Shown here: positions 45,598-56,044 of the stretch, piece by piece | How positions within the stretch are numbered: position 1 is the first letter of the stretch | Layout: each line of letters starts with the position of its first letter | Source of the DNA: Helicobacter cetorum | Lineage (GTDB): Bacteria > Campylobacterota > Campylobacteria > Campylobacterales > UBA6016 | Length of the DNA: 64,000 bases | Assembly (NCBI GenBank): GCA_022729705.1 | Contig: DZAX01000002.1 | Span: forward strand, 53,277 to 117,276 | Direction: 5' to 3' | Notes under the pieces: generated by a model | The model's input: the letters and a program-made list of their open reading frames with translations, nothing else | The model's database searches: none | What the model was told of the DNA's origin: nothing | Program-made: the position numbers and the translations under genes

Positions 45598-46534
45598 GCC
45601 TGATGATATTTTGCTGGTAGGCTCCAATGAGATGGAGCTTGTAGATTTTAGAATCTACAAACAAGATGGCGAAGTGGTGTATGAGGGGATTTATGGCGTA
45701 AACGTCGCCAAGGTGCGCGAGATAATAAATATCCCAAAATTAACAGAGTTGCCCGGCTCTCCCGATTATGTGGATGGTATATTTGACTTAAGGGGTATAG
45801 TGATTCCGGTTGTCAATTTGGCAAAATGGATGGGTATAAAAATGCCCGATTCAAAAGCCATAAAGCCGAGAGTTATTATTACTGAGTTTAACAATATTCT
45901 TATAGGTTTTATAGTTCACGAGGCAAAAAGAATTAGAAGAATCAATTGGAAAGATATTGAGACCGCAAGTTTTAGCGCAAGAAGCGGTGGGGCATTTGAT
46001 AAAACAAAAATAACAGGCGTCACAAAGATAGAAAACGGCGATGTTCTTTTGGTGCTTGATCTGGAGGCTATTGTCCAAGAGCTTGGATTGTTTGACGAGA
46101 GTATGGAGTATTCTGAAAAAATGGAGAAGTATTCTGGTGTGGCGCTAATACTTGACGATAGCCAAACAGCCAGAAAAATAGTCAGAGAGACAATGGGTAA
46201 AATGGGTTTTACGGTTGTAGAGGCAAAAGACGGAGAGGATGGGCTAGTTAAACTCGAAGAGCTGGCAAGACAGTACGGCGAAACACTTAAAGACAATCTA
46301 AAAATCATTATTTCAGACGTTGAAATGCCAAAAATGGATGGTTTTCATTTTGCATCTAGAGTGAAGCAAGACGAAAGATTTAAATATGTGCCTATAGTCT
46401 TTAGCTCATCTATCAGTGATGATTTTTCTGGTTTAAGAGGCTCTCAGGCAGGAGGAGAGGCGTATTTGGTCAAGTTTGACGCAAATAAGTTTCACAACGA
46501 AGTATCTAGAGTTCTAAAAGCGCATCTAGGTTAA
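45590..46534 (+). CDS. cheV: chemotaxis coupling protein CheV (CheW-like + receiver)
   Basis: N-terminal CheW-like domain and C-terminal receiver (ISDVEMPKMDG). Confidence 0.9.
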   Translation: MAKPDDILLVGSNEMELVDFRIYKQDGEVVYEGIYGVNVAKVREIINIPKLTELPGSPDYVDGIFDLRGIVIPVVNLAKWMGIKMPDSKAIKPRVIITEFNNILIGFIVHEAKRIRRINWKDIETASFSARSGGAFDKTKITGVTKIENGDVLLVLDLEAIVQELGLFDESMEYSEKMEKYSGVALILDDSQTARKIVRETMGKMGFTVVEAKDGEDGLVKLEELARQYGETLKDNLKIIISDVEMPKMDGFHFASRVKQDERFKYVPIVFSSSISDDFSGLRGSQAGGEAYLVKFDANKFHNEVSRVLKAHLG

Positions 46535-46555
46535 CGGGTAAAGAGGGGGTTTAAA

Positions 46556-48991
46556 ATGGATGAACTACAAGAGATACTTCAAGACTTTTTGATAGAGGCT
46601 TTTGAGATGATAGAGCAGCTTGACAAGGACTTGGTTGAGCTGGAACAAAGACCTGACGATTTGGATCTTTTGAATAGAATTTTTAGGGTTGCGCATACCA
46701 TCAAAGGTTCTTCGTCGTTTCTTAATTTTGACGTGTTGACAAAGCTTACTCACCACATGGAAGATGTACTTAATAAAGCTAGACATGGCGAGCTCAAAAT
46801 TACGCCTGAGATTATGGATATTGTCTTAGCCTCGATAGATCAGATGAAAGCTCTTTTAGTAAGTATTAGAGATACCGGCTCAGACGCTACGTCGGGTATA
46901 AATATAAAGCCTACGGTAGCTAGGCTAGACGCTGTGTCTTCAGGCAAAGTGATAGAGAGCGTAGCAGCCGAGCATGCCCCACAAGCCGCAAGTACGGAGG
47001 CGGAAACGCATGACAAAAAAGAAGAACCCGATTATGCTAATATGTCCGCCGAAGAGGTTGAAAAAGAGATAGAGCACCTTTTAAAGCAAAGACAAGAAGA
47101 GGACGAAAAGAGACGGGAAGCAAAAAAAGCGGGATCAAAATCAAAATCTGAGCCCAAAGCTCCAATCAAAGAGCCTAAAGAGTCCGCTGTTGAGCCTATC
47201 TTTGCAAAAGAGCAAGAGCCTCCAAAGCCAGTCTTAGTTGAACCGCAAGCCCCAAAGCCGACGCCGACACCGACGCCGACGCAGGTTTCGACTCCAAAAA
47301 CGACGCAGCCCGTCGCCGCTGCGGCAGACCAAGCCGCCGCAACCGCCGTGGAGCAAACTATTAGGGTTGACGTTAACAGACTAGATCACCTAATGAATCT
47401 AATTGGCGAACTTGTACTCGGTAAAAATAGACTTATCAAAATATATAGCGACGTTGAAGAGAGATATGAGGGCGAGCAGTTTTTGGAAGAGCTAAACCAG
47501 GTCGTATCCTCCGTCTCTACCGTTACGACTGATTTGCAAATAGCCGTTATGAAAACAAGAATGCTTCCTATCGGCAGGGTGTTTAATAAGTTCCCTAGAA
47601 TGATGAGGGATTTATCAAGAGAGCTTAACAAAAAAATAGAACTGGTAATCAAAGGCGAAGAGACCGAACTTGACAAGTCTATCGTCGAAGAGATAGGCGA
47701 CCCGCTGGTGCACATAATAAGAAATTCAGCGGATCACGGAATAGAGATGCCGGATGTGAGGGTCGGAGCGGGTAAGCTCGAAACCGGAACGGTTGAACTA
47801 AAGGCCTACCATGAGGGCAACTCCATTATTATCGAAATAGTAGACGACGGTAAAGGCTTGGATCCGTTGATGATAAAAGACAAAGCCGTCGAAAAAGGTC
47901 TAATTAGCGAAAAAGAAGCCGATACGATGAGCGACAAAGAGGCATATAATCTTATCTTTAAGCCGGGCTTTTCTACGGTATCTAAGATCACAAACGTCTC
48001 AGGCAGAGGCGTAGGTATGGACGTTGTAAAAACAAATATCGAAAAGTTAAACGGAATTATTGAAATGGATAGTATGGTTGGCAAGGGTACGACTATTAAG
48101 CTAAAAATTCCGTTGACGCTTGCGATTATTCAAGCTCTTTTGGTCGGCGTACAAGAAGAGTTTTTTGCAATACCGCTCTCTAGCGTTCTTGAGACGGTTA
48201 GAATTACGCAAGACGATATATTTTTGGTTGAGGGCAAAAGCGTACTGAGACTAAGAAGCGAAGTGCTTAGTCTTGTGAGGCTCTCTGATATTTTTGACAT
48301 TGAAGCCACAATGGAAGAAAACGTCAATCTATACGTCGTTATTATCGGTCTTGCAGACTCAAAAATAGGTCTTATTATAGATAGGCTTGTAGGGCAAGAG
48401 GAGATAGTTATCAAATCGCTTGGCTACTACCTCAAAGGCATAGAGGGTATAGCTGGAGCCACCATAAGGGGCGATGGAAAAGTAACTCTGATAGTCGATG
48501 TAACAGCTCTAATGCAAATGGCGAAAACATCGCACAAAAAAGTCGGCTCAAACAAAAAAGCCGCTGAATTAGCCGCCGTGAAGATAGCTAGAAAAACACT
48601 ACCGTCTGACTATAGAGTGCTTATAGTAGACGACTCTAAAACAGATAGAACGATTATGAAAAATGCGATTAGTCCGCTAGGCGTGACCATGGTTGAGGCT
48701 ATCGATGGTTCTGAGGCGTTGAATATCATAAAAAGCAACGATACGCCGTTTGACGCTTGCCTTATAGATATAGAGATGCCAAAAATTGACGGCTATACGC
48801 TAGCCAGCGAGATAAGAAAGTACAACAAATACAGAGCTATGCCGCTAATAGCCGTCACAAGTAGAACGGGTAAGACTGATAGAATGAGGGGTGCTGAGGT
48901 TGGAATGTCTGAATACGTTACAAAGCCTTACTCGCCTGACTATCTGATGAATATTGTTAAAAAACGCATTAATCTAGTGACGGAGGCTTAA
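46556..48991 (+). CDS. cheA: chemotaxis histidine kinase CheA with C-terminal receiver (CheAY)
   Basis: HPt AHTIKGSS, HATPase DDGKGL/GRGVGMD, CheW-like domain, C-terminal receiver (LIDIEMPKIDG). Confidence 0.95.
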   Translation: MDELQEILQDFLIEAFEMIEQLDKDLVELEQRPDDLDLLNRIFRVAHTIKGSSSFLNFDVLTKLTHHMEDVLNKARHGELKITPEIMDIVLASIDQMKALLVSIRDTGSDATSGINIKPTVARLDAVSSGKVIESVAAEHAPQAASTEAETHDKKEEPDYANMSAEEVEKEIEHLLKQRQEEDEKRREAKKAGSKSKSEPKAPIKEPKESAVEPIFAKEQEPPKPVLVEPQAPKPTPTPTPTQVSTPKTTQPVAAAADQAAATAVEQTIRVDVNRLDHLMNLIGELVLGKNRLIKIYSDVEERYEGEQFLEELNQVVSSVSTVTTDLQIAVMKTRMLPIGRVFNKFPRMMRDLSRELNKKIELVIKGEETELDKSIVEEIGDPLVHIIRNSADHGIEMPDVRVGAGKLETGTVELKAYHEGNSIIIEIVDDGKGLDPLMIKDKAVEKGLISEKEADTMSDKEAYNLIFKPGFSTVSKITNVSGRGVGMDVVKTNIEKLNGIIEMDSMVGKGTTIKLKIPLTLAIIQALLVGVQEEFFAIPLSSVLETVRITQDDIFLVEGKSVLRLRSEVLSLVRLSDIFDIEATMEENVNLYVVIIGLADSKIGLIIDRLVGQEEIVIKSLGYYLKGIEGIAGATIRGDGKVTLIVDVTALMQMAKTSHKKVGSNKKAAELAAVKIARKTLPSDYRVLIVDDSKTDRTIMKNAISPLGVTMVEAIDGSEALNIIKSNDTPFDACLIDIEMPKIDGYTLASEIRKYNKYRAMPLIAVTSRTGKTDRMRGAEVGMSEYVTKPYSPDYLMNIVKKRINLVTEA

Positions 48992-48992
48992 A

Positions 48993-49487
48993 ATGAGCGA
49001 AAGACTTCAAGACGTAGTTAAAAAGCAACAACAACAAAAAGTAAGACCTCTAAAAAAAGATGAAAATACGCTTCAAGTAGTGGGTTTTAATGTTGGGGAT
49101 GAAGAGTTTGCCGTCTCTATTTTAAATATCCAAGAGATTATTAAACCTATAGACTATACAAGGGTGCCGTGTACTCCGGGATATGTGCTTGGGGTTTTCA
49201 ATCTAAGAGGAAACGTATTGCCGCTTATTAGCCTAAGGTTAAAATTTGGCTTGCCTTTTCCAAGATACACCGAAAACACTAGATTTATCGTCGTCAAAAA
49301 CGGTGCGCAAACGGTTGGTTTTGTCATGGATAAGCTAACTCAAGCATTTACCCTCAAAGAGTCAGAAATCGACCATACGCTCGATATGCAGAGCGAACAA
49401 GAGGGGCTAATATACGGCATTGGTAAGAGAGAAGATAGAATTATTACTATTTTAAAAGCCGAGGGACTGTTAAAGCGAGAGTTTTAA
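48993..49487 (+). CDS. cheW: chemotaxis adaptor CheW
   Basis: 164-aa CheW-like sequence (GVFNLRGNVLPLISLR). Confidence 0.92.
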   Translation: MSERLQDVVKKQQQQKVRPLKKDENTLQVVGFNVGDEEFAVSILNIQEIIKPIDYTRVPCTPGYVLGVFNLRGNVLPLISLRLKFGLPFPRYTENTRFIVVKNGAQTVGFVMDKLTQAFTLKESEIDHTLDMQSEQEGLIYGIGKREDRIITILKAEGLLKREF

Positions 49488-49507
49488 AGGGCGCCCATAG
49501 CACGAAT

Positions 49508-49530
49508 CCTCATTTTGGGCTTTGCCCAAA
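49508..49530 (+). repeat. R1 hairpin module, degenerate copy
   Basis: CCTCATTTTGGGCTTTGCCCAAA; 7-bp stem. Confidence 0.6.
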
Positions 49531-49575
49531 TTAAACATGAATTTCTAAGAGCGGCAAGCCGCGAGAGCCGTCTGC

Positions 49576-49619
49576 TGAAGACCTCATTTTGGGCTTTGCC
49601 CAAAATGTGAGAATCAATC
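49576..49619 (+). repeat. R1 repeat copy (hairpin CATTTTGGGC-TTT-GCCCAAAATG)
   Basis: TGAAGACCTCATTTTGGGCTTTGCCCAAAATGTGAGAATCAATC matches 59925-59968 with 2 mismatches. Confidence 0.8.
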
Positions 49620-50522
49620 AAGTAGCTCGTCAAGTATCGAAAACTTATTTGCACACATGAGGTGAATTCTTGGATTTATCGCTTTTACTTTTGTGTAAAT
49701 ATCCTTTGAAATCTCCATTCCGACTTTATACTCCTCTTGCGGCGAAATTTTTGAAGCTTTAAACATAGCGTCGATAAAGCTCTCCGGCACAAATATACCT
49801 GGAACGTGTGCATACAAAAATTGCGCTGTTTTGAGGCTTGTTATTGGAAATACGCCAAATATTAGTTTTGCCTCTCTTCTTTCATCGTCAAACTCCATTC
49901 TTGTTTCATCAAAAATATTGAGTAGCTTTTGGGCTATCGCTTCGTCGAATACGGGCTGAGTGATTACTCCAAGACTATAGTTTTCTATTTTTTTATGTAG
50001 CTTTTTTTTGATGTTTGAAAAGTTTTTTGCATATGAATTTGTGACGCTAAAGGCGTACATTGGCGCGGGTTTTGGCGTTATGGCTTTGCCTGCAAAGTCT
50101 ACGCCCTCGTTAAAAAGCCTAATAGCTCTAAGAAGTTGCGAGCTATCGCACTCAAATACACCTTTTACATTTGGTTGGTCTGAAAGACGCGCAGGGTCTC
50201 CCGTAAGCGCCAAAACGCCCCTAACGCCAAAATCGTTTAACCCCAATAGCTCGGACTGCATAGCTAGCTTGTTTTTATCTCTCATCGACACCGTGCATAT
50301 TACCGGCTTGTTTAGTTCATTTTGCGCTTTTACCGAGGCTAGAACGCTTGAATATTTTAGTTTTGCCAAAGGATTATCGGTTATTGTTAGACCATCTATT
50401 TGCGACAACGCTTTTACCGCTTTTACCGCATCTAATGTTTTTGAAAAATCTGTTGATTTTGGCGGCGTAATTTCAAGTGTTAAAAATGAACTTTCAAGTT
50501 TTTCTACCAATGTTTCGGTCAT
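49614..50522 (-). CDS. methylenetetrahydrofolate reductase-like protein
   Basis: LEITPPKS..., TITDNPLA, ALTGDP blocks typical of the MTHFR family. The start at 50522 (MTETLV) is preferred. Confidence 0.7.
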   Translation of the reverse strand: MTETLVEKLESSFLTLEITPPKSTDFSKTLDAVKAVKALSQIDGLTITDNPLAKLKYSSVLASVKAQNELNKPVICTVSMRDKNKLAMQSELLGLNDFGVRGVLALTGDPARLSDQPNVKGVFECDSSQLLRAIRLFNEGVDFAGKAITPKPAPMYAFSVTNSYAKNFSNIKKKLHKKIENYSLGVITQPVFDEAIAQKLLNIFDETRMEFDDERREAKLIFGVFPITSLKTAQFLYAHVPGIFVPESFIDAMFKASKISPQEEYKVGMEISKDIYTKVKAINPRIHLMCANKFSILDELLD

Positions 50523-50644
50523 TAAGAGCCTTTTGCGTGCATAATGCGCTATTTTACTGTTTTTGTGCAAAATATTCTAGCCGAGCCTACCTGCCTATAA
50601 ACGCTAAAACGCTAAAATATTTAAAAAATTAAAAGGTATAACGT

Positions 50645-51265
50645 TTGAAGCTTTGCGTATTTGATTTTGACTCCACGCTAATGGATGGAGAGACTATAGA
50701 TATTTTGGCGTCCCTTGCGGGGTGTGAAGCGGAGGTGTCCCAGATTACTGAAGCGGCGATGGCTGGAGAGCTTGATTTTTTTGAGAGCCTCACAAGAAGA
50801 GTCGCTTTTTTAAAAGGGGTAGACGCACAAAAGGCAAAAGATAGATGCGCCGCTTTGCCTTTTATAAACGGGGCAAAAGAAATAATTAGCGCATTAAAGG
50901 CGAAAGAATACAGGGTGATAGTGTTTTCGGGCGGTTTTAGCATTGGCACCTCCCCGGCGCGTGAAAAGCTTGGCTTTGATATGGATTTTTCAAACAAGCT
51001 TCATGAAAAAGACGGGCTTCTTACAGGGCTTGTCGGCGGCGAAATGATGTATTCTGATTCTAAAGGGGTAATGCTTTCAAAGCTTCAATCACTTTTGGGG
51101 GTTTCGTATGAGGATACGATAGCGGTTGGAGACGGGGCAAATGACGCTTCTATGTTTGAGTTTGCCGCAAAAAAAATAGCCTTTTGCGCTAAGCCAAAGC
51201 TAAAAGAAAAAGCAAATATTATTATTGATACTAAAGATTTAAGAGAGATAGAAAAATATACATGA
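50645..51265 (+). CDS. serB: phosphoserine phosphatase (HAD family)
   Basis: DFDSTL motif I, SGGF motif II, GDGANDASM motif III. TTG start in the track. Confidence 0.8.
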   Translation: MKLCVFDFDSTLMDGETIDILASLAGCEAEVSQITEAAMAGELDFFESLTRRVAFLKGVDAQKAKDRCAALPFINGAKEIISALKAKEYRVIVFSGGFSIGTSPAREKLGFDMDFSNKLHEKDGLLTGLVGGEMMYSDSKGVMLSKLQSLLGVSYEDTIAVGDGANDASMFEFAAKKIAFCAKPKLKEKANIIIDTKDLREIEKYT

Positions 51266-51963
51266 ACGAAAAACAAAAAACTATAGTCACCATGTTTGAC
51301 AAAATAGCTCCGACTTACGATATAGCAAACAGAATTTTGAGCTTTGGAGCCGATGTGAGTTGGCGAAAAGAGGGGATAAAAAAAGCCCTTGAGTTGCGTA
51401 ACGTAAAAAATCCGCAGATACTAGACGTAGCCACGGGAACCGGCGATATGCTTGTCTTTTGGAAAAAAGCTATCGGCGAAGAGGGCGGCGTATATGCCGG
51501 CGTAGACCCGTCTGCTGGTATGCTTGAGGTTGCAAAGCAGAAAGTCTCTTTTGCCTTTTTTTATGAGGGGTATGCTCAAAAACTCCCTTTTGAAGAGTCA
51601 AAATTTGACTTTTTGTCTATCTCTTACGGCTTTAGAAACGTCACAGAAAAAGAGGAGGCGGTTTGCGAGTTTGCTAGGGTTTTAAAGCAAAACGGCAGAC
51701 TACTTATATTGGAATTTGCAAAAAACGAATCTACAAACCCGATTAGAATAGCGGCGCAGTGGTATGTCAAAAAGGTTTTGCCGTGGCTTGGCGGACTAAT
51801 AAGCGGCAATCTATCGGCATATAGATACCTGCCAAACTCTATAGAGGGATTTTTGACTAGAAACGAAATTGTCTCTTTGCTAGAACGCAATGGTTTTGAG
51901 GTTGAGGTTGCAAAAGATTTTAGCTTTGGCGTAAGCTCTTCTTTAATAGCTCGCAAAAAATGA
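51262..51963 (+). CDS. ubiE: demethylmenaquinone/ubiquinone methyltransferase
   Basis: MFDKIAPTYDIANRILSFG and the SAM motif LDVATGTGD. Confidence 0.9.
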   Translation: MNEKQKTIVTMFDKIAPTYDIANRILSFGADVSWRKEGIKKALELRNVKNPQILDVATGTGDMLVFWKKAIGEEGGVYAGVDPSAGMLEVAKQKVSFAFFYEGYAQKLPFEESKFDFLSISYGFRNVTEKEEAVCEFARVLKQNGRLLILEFAKNESTNPIRIAAQWYVKKVLPWLGGLISGNLSAYRYLPNSIEGFLTRNEIVSLLERNGFEVEVAKDFSFGVSSSLIARKK

Positions 51964-53144
51964 GGGAACTCTCGGTATCTGAGCTTAACCGTCAAATAAA
52001 AACTATTTTAGAGTCGCATTTTTTGAGCCTTTTTGTAACCGGAGAGATTTCAAATCTTGTGTCGCATACGTCGGGACACGTCTACTTTTCGTTAAAAGAC
52101 GAAGAAAGCTCTATTCGTTGCGTGCTCTTTAAAGGCAACGCTTCAAAGCTAAAATTTCGACTTGAAAACGGACAAAAAGTGATACTTGGTTGTGGTCTTA
52201 GCGTATACGCCCCAAGAGGCGAATATCAGCTGATGGTCTCCACGGTCGCGCCTAGCGGCAAAGGCTCGCTGGCTCTAGCTCTGGAACAGCTCAAAAAAAA
52301 GCTTTCCGAAAAAGGCTACTTTGAGCCGTCAATCAAAAAAACTCTACCAAAATTTCCAAAAAGAGCGGCTCTTATCACATCCGCAACAGGAGCGGCACTT
52401 CAGGATATGCTTAGAGTGGCGGAGAAAAGATGGTTGTTGTGTGAGTTTGTTCTTTTTAATACGCTTGTTCAGGGCGAAACGGCGGCGGCTCAAATCGCTC
52501 AAAATATCGCGCTTGCCGATAAAAACGGTTTTGACGTTATCGTACTGGCTAGAGGCGGCGGAAGTATAGAGGATTTGTGGGCGTTTAACGAAGAGATTGT
52601 GGCGGACGCAATACATGAGGCGACTACGCCGATACTCACGGGAATAGGGCATGAGATAGACTTTACGATAGCCGATTTTGCGGCGGACGTTCGCGCGCCT
52701 ACTCCATCCGCGGCGATGGAGACGTTGTTGCCTGATAAAAACGAAGTCTATATGTTTTTGGACGCTACGCTGGAGGGATACAAAAGCTCTTTGTCGCAAA
52801 GCGTGAGCAAAAAAGAGTCGGCGCTAAAGCACATAAGAGAACTTTTCGCCTCCTCTTCACCGTCCGCTAGACTCGCTTTTGCGCATAGTGAAATCTCGCT
52901 CTACGCAAAAAAGTTTGAAAACGCCATAAACGCCGTATTGTCGCAAAAAAGTGGAGTTATTTCCGTGCTAAAATCAAGCCTTGAAGTAAAAGAACCAGCC
53001 AAAATGTTTGATGCGTCTCTTGCAATGGTGGTAAAAGACGGCAAAAAGCTCACTCTCAAAAAGTTAAAGAAAGGCGATGAGTTTGAGCTTCAGAGTAAAG
53101 ATACGCTTATAACTGCGAATGTTGTAGGCAAAAAGGGTATTTGA
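51960..53144 (+). CDS. xseA: exodeoxyribonuclease VII large subunit
   Basis: LSVSELNRQIKTILE..VTGEISN...SGHVYFSLKD N-terminal OB region, and RGGGSIEDLWAFN. Confidence 0.92.
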   Translation: MRELSVSELNRQIKTILESHFLSLFVTGEISNLVSHTSGHVYFSLKDEESSIRCVLFKGNASKLKFRLENGQKVILGCGLSVYAPRGEYQLMVSTVAPSGKGSLALALEQLKKKLSEKGYFEPSIKKTLPKFPKRAALITSATGAALQDMLRVAEKRWLLCEFVLFNTLVQGETAAAQIAQNIALADKNGFDVIVLARGGGSIEDLWAFNEEIVADAIHEATTPILTGIGHEIDFTIADFAADVRAPTPSAAMETLLPDKNEVYMFLDATLEGYKSSLSQSVSKKESALKHIRELFASSSPSARLAFAHSEISLYAKKFENAINAVLSQKSGVISVLKSSLEVKEPAKMFDASLAMVVKDGKKLTLKKLKKGDEFELQSKDTLITANVVGKKGI

Positions 53145-53233
53145 CTCATAAAGCGTACGGGATGAGGCACTCTCCTGTGAGTGCGAGTAGCTTTCGCCAT
53201 TCGAGTCGAGAGATAGCGAAAACTAGAAATATA

Positions 53234-53272
53234 ATTGAACCCTCTGATTAGTTTTCACATTTTGGGCAAAGA
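53234..53272 (-). repeat. R1 repeat copy, inverted orientation (left arm of the inverted pair flanking the R-M segment)
   Basis: ATTGAACCCTCTGATTAGTTTTCACATTTTGGGCAAAGA matches the reverse complement of 59942-59980 with about 4 mismatches. Confidence 0.75.
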
Positions 53273-53375
53273 GCATATTAAGCCTAAAAATAATTGTTCA
53301 TTACAAAGATTTTTAGAAAAAATTAGAGAGTGTCGATAGGGCAAATAAATAATATGGCGACACTTTAGCGTTAGA

Positions 53376-54179
53376 ATGACAAAAAAAGAGAAAAAAATGC
53401 AAAACATATATACAAAAAATGGAGCCAAAAACCGCATCAAAGACGTAAAAGCCAACGATCCATGGAGCGTTTTTAGGATTATGGCAAACTTTGTGGACGG
53501 GTTTGACACGCTAAAAGATATTGGTCCATCTGTGACGTTTTTTGGAAGCGCTAGACTAAAGCCTGAGAGTAGGTATTATGAAGAGGCTAGGCGCCTAGCG
53601 TTTATGTTTGCCGAAAGTGGGTTTAACGTCGTAACCGGCGGTAGCAACGGCATTATGGAGGCGGCTAATCGCGGGGCTTTTGAGAGTGGAAAGACTGAGT
53701 CTATCGGGCTAAATATCTCTTTGCCGCACGAACAAAAGATGAATAGTTACACTACTCTTAGCGTTGAGTTTGACTACTTTTTTGTGCGTAAGGTAATGCT
53801 TGTAAAATACTCGTACGCTTATATCGTTTTTCCGGGCGGTTTTGGCACGTTTGACGAGCTTTTTGAAGCGCTTACGTTGGTTCAGACGGGCAAGATTTTC
53901 CCGATTAGTATCATTTTGGTGGGCGTAGATTTTTGGACTCCGCTGCTAGATTTTCTCAAAAAGAGTCCGCTTGAGCTTGGGACAATATCAGATTATGACT
54001 TAGGTCTCATCAGGGTGACGGATGACCCAAAAGAGGCGATAGAGATAACAAAACAAAATATTTTAAAAAAACTAGACGAGCTTGAAAGAGAGAATCTTCA
54101 GGCTAGCGAGCTATATCAAAAACTGCTTGATATATGCTCAAAAGAGGTTTGTTCGTTTGATGAAGTAATAAAAGAATGA
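53376..54179 (+). CDS. LOG-family (TIGR00730) nucleotide phosphoribohydrolase-like protein
   Basis: VTFFGSAR, VTGGSNGIMEAANRGA and PGGFGTFDELFE motifs. Confidence 0.85.
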   Translation: MTKKEKKMQNIYTKNGAKNRIKDVKANDPWSVFRIMANFVDGFDTLKDIGPSVTFFGSARLKPESRYYEEARRLAFMFAESGFNVVTGGSNGIMEAANRGAFESGKTESIGLNISLPHEQKMNSYTTLSVEFDYFFVRKVMLVKYSYAYIVFPGGFGTFDELFEALTLVQTGKIFPISIILVGVDFWTPLLDFLKKSPLELGTISDYDLGLIRVTDDPKEAIEITKQNILKKLDELERENLQASELYQKLLDICSKEVCSFDEVIKE

Positions 54180-54207
54180 TAGAAATGAAAATGAACAAGA
54201 AAATAAG

Positions 54208-56037
54208 ATGTTAAACGACGAATCATTTGATATACGAAAAGCAAAAATAGAAGAGTTAAAGAGACTATTTCCAGAGGTCGTTACGGAGGGTGGTATAGAC
54301 TTTGAAGCCCTCAAAGCGACTTTGGACGGTGACATCGACGCCGCAAAAGAGAAATACCGCTTTACATGGAACGGCAAATCGGAGCTTTTTTCTCTCATAA
54401 ACCGTAAAACAAAAGGTGCGTTAAAGCCAGATGTCAAAAAAAGCGGTGGTGAACAGGCTTTTGAGTCGGCTGAAAATATCATCATAGAAGCCGATAACCT
54501 TGAAGCCATGAAGCTACTGATGAGCGCATATCACCGTAAAGTGAAGATGATATACATAGATCCGCCCTACAACAAGCAAAAAGACTTCGTATATCCCGAT
54601 AACTGGTCTGACCCGCTGGAGAGCTATCTGATGCAAACAGGGCAAAAGGATGAATTTGGGCTAACGGCTAGCTATCAGGACAAGACGGGGCGATTGCATA
54701 CCAACTGGCTAAACATGATATATCCTAGACTCTATCTAGCTAGAAATCTACTAAGAGACGACGGCGTGATATTTGTCTCTATCGACGACGATGAGGTACA
54801 CAACCTGCGAAAAGTGATGGATGAGATATTTGGGGAGGAGAATTTTGTAGCCAATGTTATTTGGCACAAAAACTATGCTTCCGCAAACGATGCAAAAGGG
54901 TTTTCAAATGTGCATGACTATGTCATGGTCTATCAGAAAAGCTCATCATTTAATAGAAATTTACTACCAAGAACTGAAAAACAAAACTCACTATACAAGT
55001 ACGATTCTAATGACGGAAAGGGGCTGTGGCGTTCTGATAATCTAACAGTTAAAACATATTCCAAAGAATATGACTATCCAATAATAAATCCAAACACTGG
55101 GAAAAGCTATAATCCAACCAAAGGACGATGCTGGATTACTAATAAAAATACAATGCAGGAATGGATTGATACAGGAAGGGTTTTTTTTGGTCAGGATGGC
55201 AATGGCGCACCGCAATTAAAGCGTTATATTAACGAGGTACAGCAGGGTATTATCCCAATTACATACTGGTCATATGATGATTGTGGGCACAACGATGAGG
55301 CAAGAAAAGAAATTAAAGAACTGTTTGAGCACCCTCCGTTTGACACCCCAAAACCCGTTAAGCTTATCCGTCGAATGCTTGAAATTGGTACAAAGACAGA
55401 CGAGGACAACATCGTCTTAGACTTCTTCGCAGGTAGCGGCACAACTGCACACGCCGTAATGGCTCAAAACATTGAAGACGGTGGAAATAGAAAATATATC
55501 CTCGTCCAAATCCCAGAATACACGCCAGAAAATAGCGAAGCTAGAAAAGCTGGATATGAGACTATAGCCGACATCACCGCAGAGCGAGTGCGACGGGTGG
55601 CAAAAAAGTTAAATTACAAAAACGGCTTTCGCTACTTCCGTCTTGATAGAAGCCATTTTAGAGTTTTTGAGCAGATGATACACGAAAAAGGCAAGTCAAA
55701 AGAAGAAGTGCTAAAACTCCTACGCATGAGTATGTTTCATGACAATACTCTAATGGCAAACTGGACTCCGATAGGCGTAGCCTTTGAGATAGGACTCAAA
55801 AACGGTATGTCGCTGACAAGTAAATACAAGGTAGAGAAAAATGGCAAATACAATCTGCACTATCTGACAAGCGAGACAAGAACTTTTGTGTTTTGCTTTG
55901 ATGAGCAAATCAGCGAAGAGATAGCAAAACTACTACCGCAAAACGCAAAATTCGTCTGCCCGGACAAGTCGCTAACGGATAGCGTAAAGCTCAATATCGT
56001 AGCCCAAATCGGGCTGGAAAATGTAGAGACGATATAA
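54208..56037 (+). CDS. mod: type III restriction-modification DNA methyltransferase (Mod)
   Basis: Motif IV IYIDPPYN and motif I FFAGSGTTAHAV (beta-class order), with a central variable TRD-like region. Confidence 0.9.
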   Translation: MLNDESFDIRKAKIEELKRLFPEVVTEGGIDFEALKATLDGDIDAAKEKYRFTWNGKSELFSLINRKTKGALKPDVKKSGGEQAFESAENIIIEADNLEAMKLLMSAYHRKVKMIYIDPPYNKQKDFVYPDNWSDPLESYLMQTGQKDEFGLTASYQDKTGRLHTNWLNMIYPRLYLARNLLRDDGVIFVSIDDDEVHNLRKVMDEIFGEENFVANVIWHKNYASANDAKGFSNVHDYVMVYQKSSSFNRNLLPRTEKQNSLYKYDSNDGKGLWRSDNLTVKTYSKEYDYPIINPNTGKSYNPTKGRCWITNKNTMQEWIDTGRVFFGQDGNGAPQLKRYINEVQQGIIPITYWSYDDCGHNDEARKEIKELFEHPPFDTPKPVKLIRRMLEIGTKTDEDNIVLDFFAGSGTTAHAVMAQNIEDGGNRKYILVQIPEYTPENSEARKAGYETIADITAERVRRVAKKLNYKNGFRYFRLDRSHFRVFEQMIHEKGKSKEEVLKLLRMSMFHDNTLMANWTPIGVAFEIGLKNGMSLTSKYKVEKNGKYNLHYLTSETRTFVFCFDEQISEEIAKLLPQNAKFVCPDKSLTDSVKLNIVAQIGLENVETI

Positions 56038-56044
56038 GGAAAAT

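Noticed and set aside
53376-54179. LOG-family gene as part of a defence system with the adjacent R-M locus
   Set aside because: The sequence looks like the canonical housekeeping TIGR00730 type (PGGxGTxxE). Only its position inside the inverted-repeat-flanked segment is unusual, and that is noted under the R1 finding.
55181-55188. T8 homopolymers in mod (55181-55188) and res (about 58540) as possible phase-variation switches
   Set aside because: Type III mod phase variation is usually driven by longer G/C tracts or by tetra- or pentanucleotide repeats. A T8 run in an AT-rich genome is unremarkable, both genes are in frame, and a single sequence gives no evidence of length variation.
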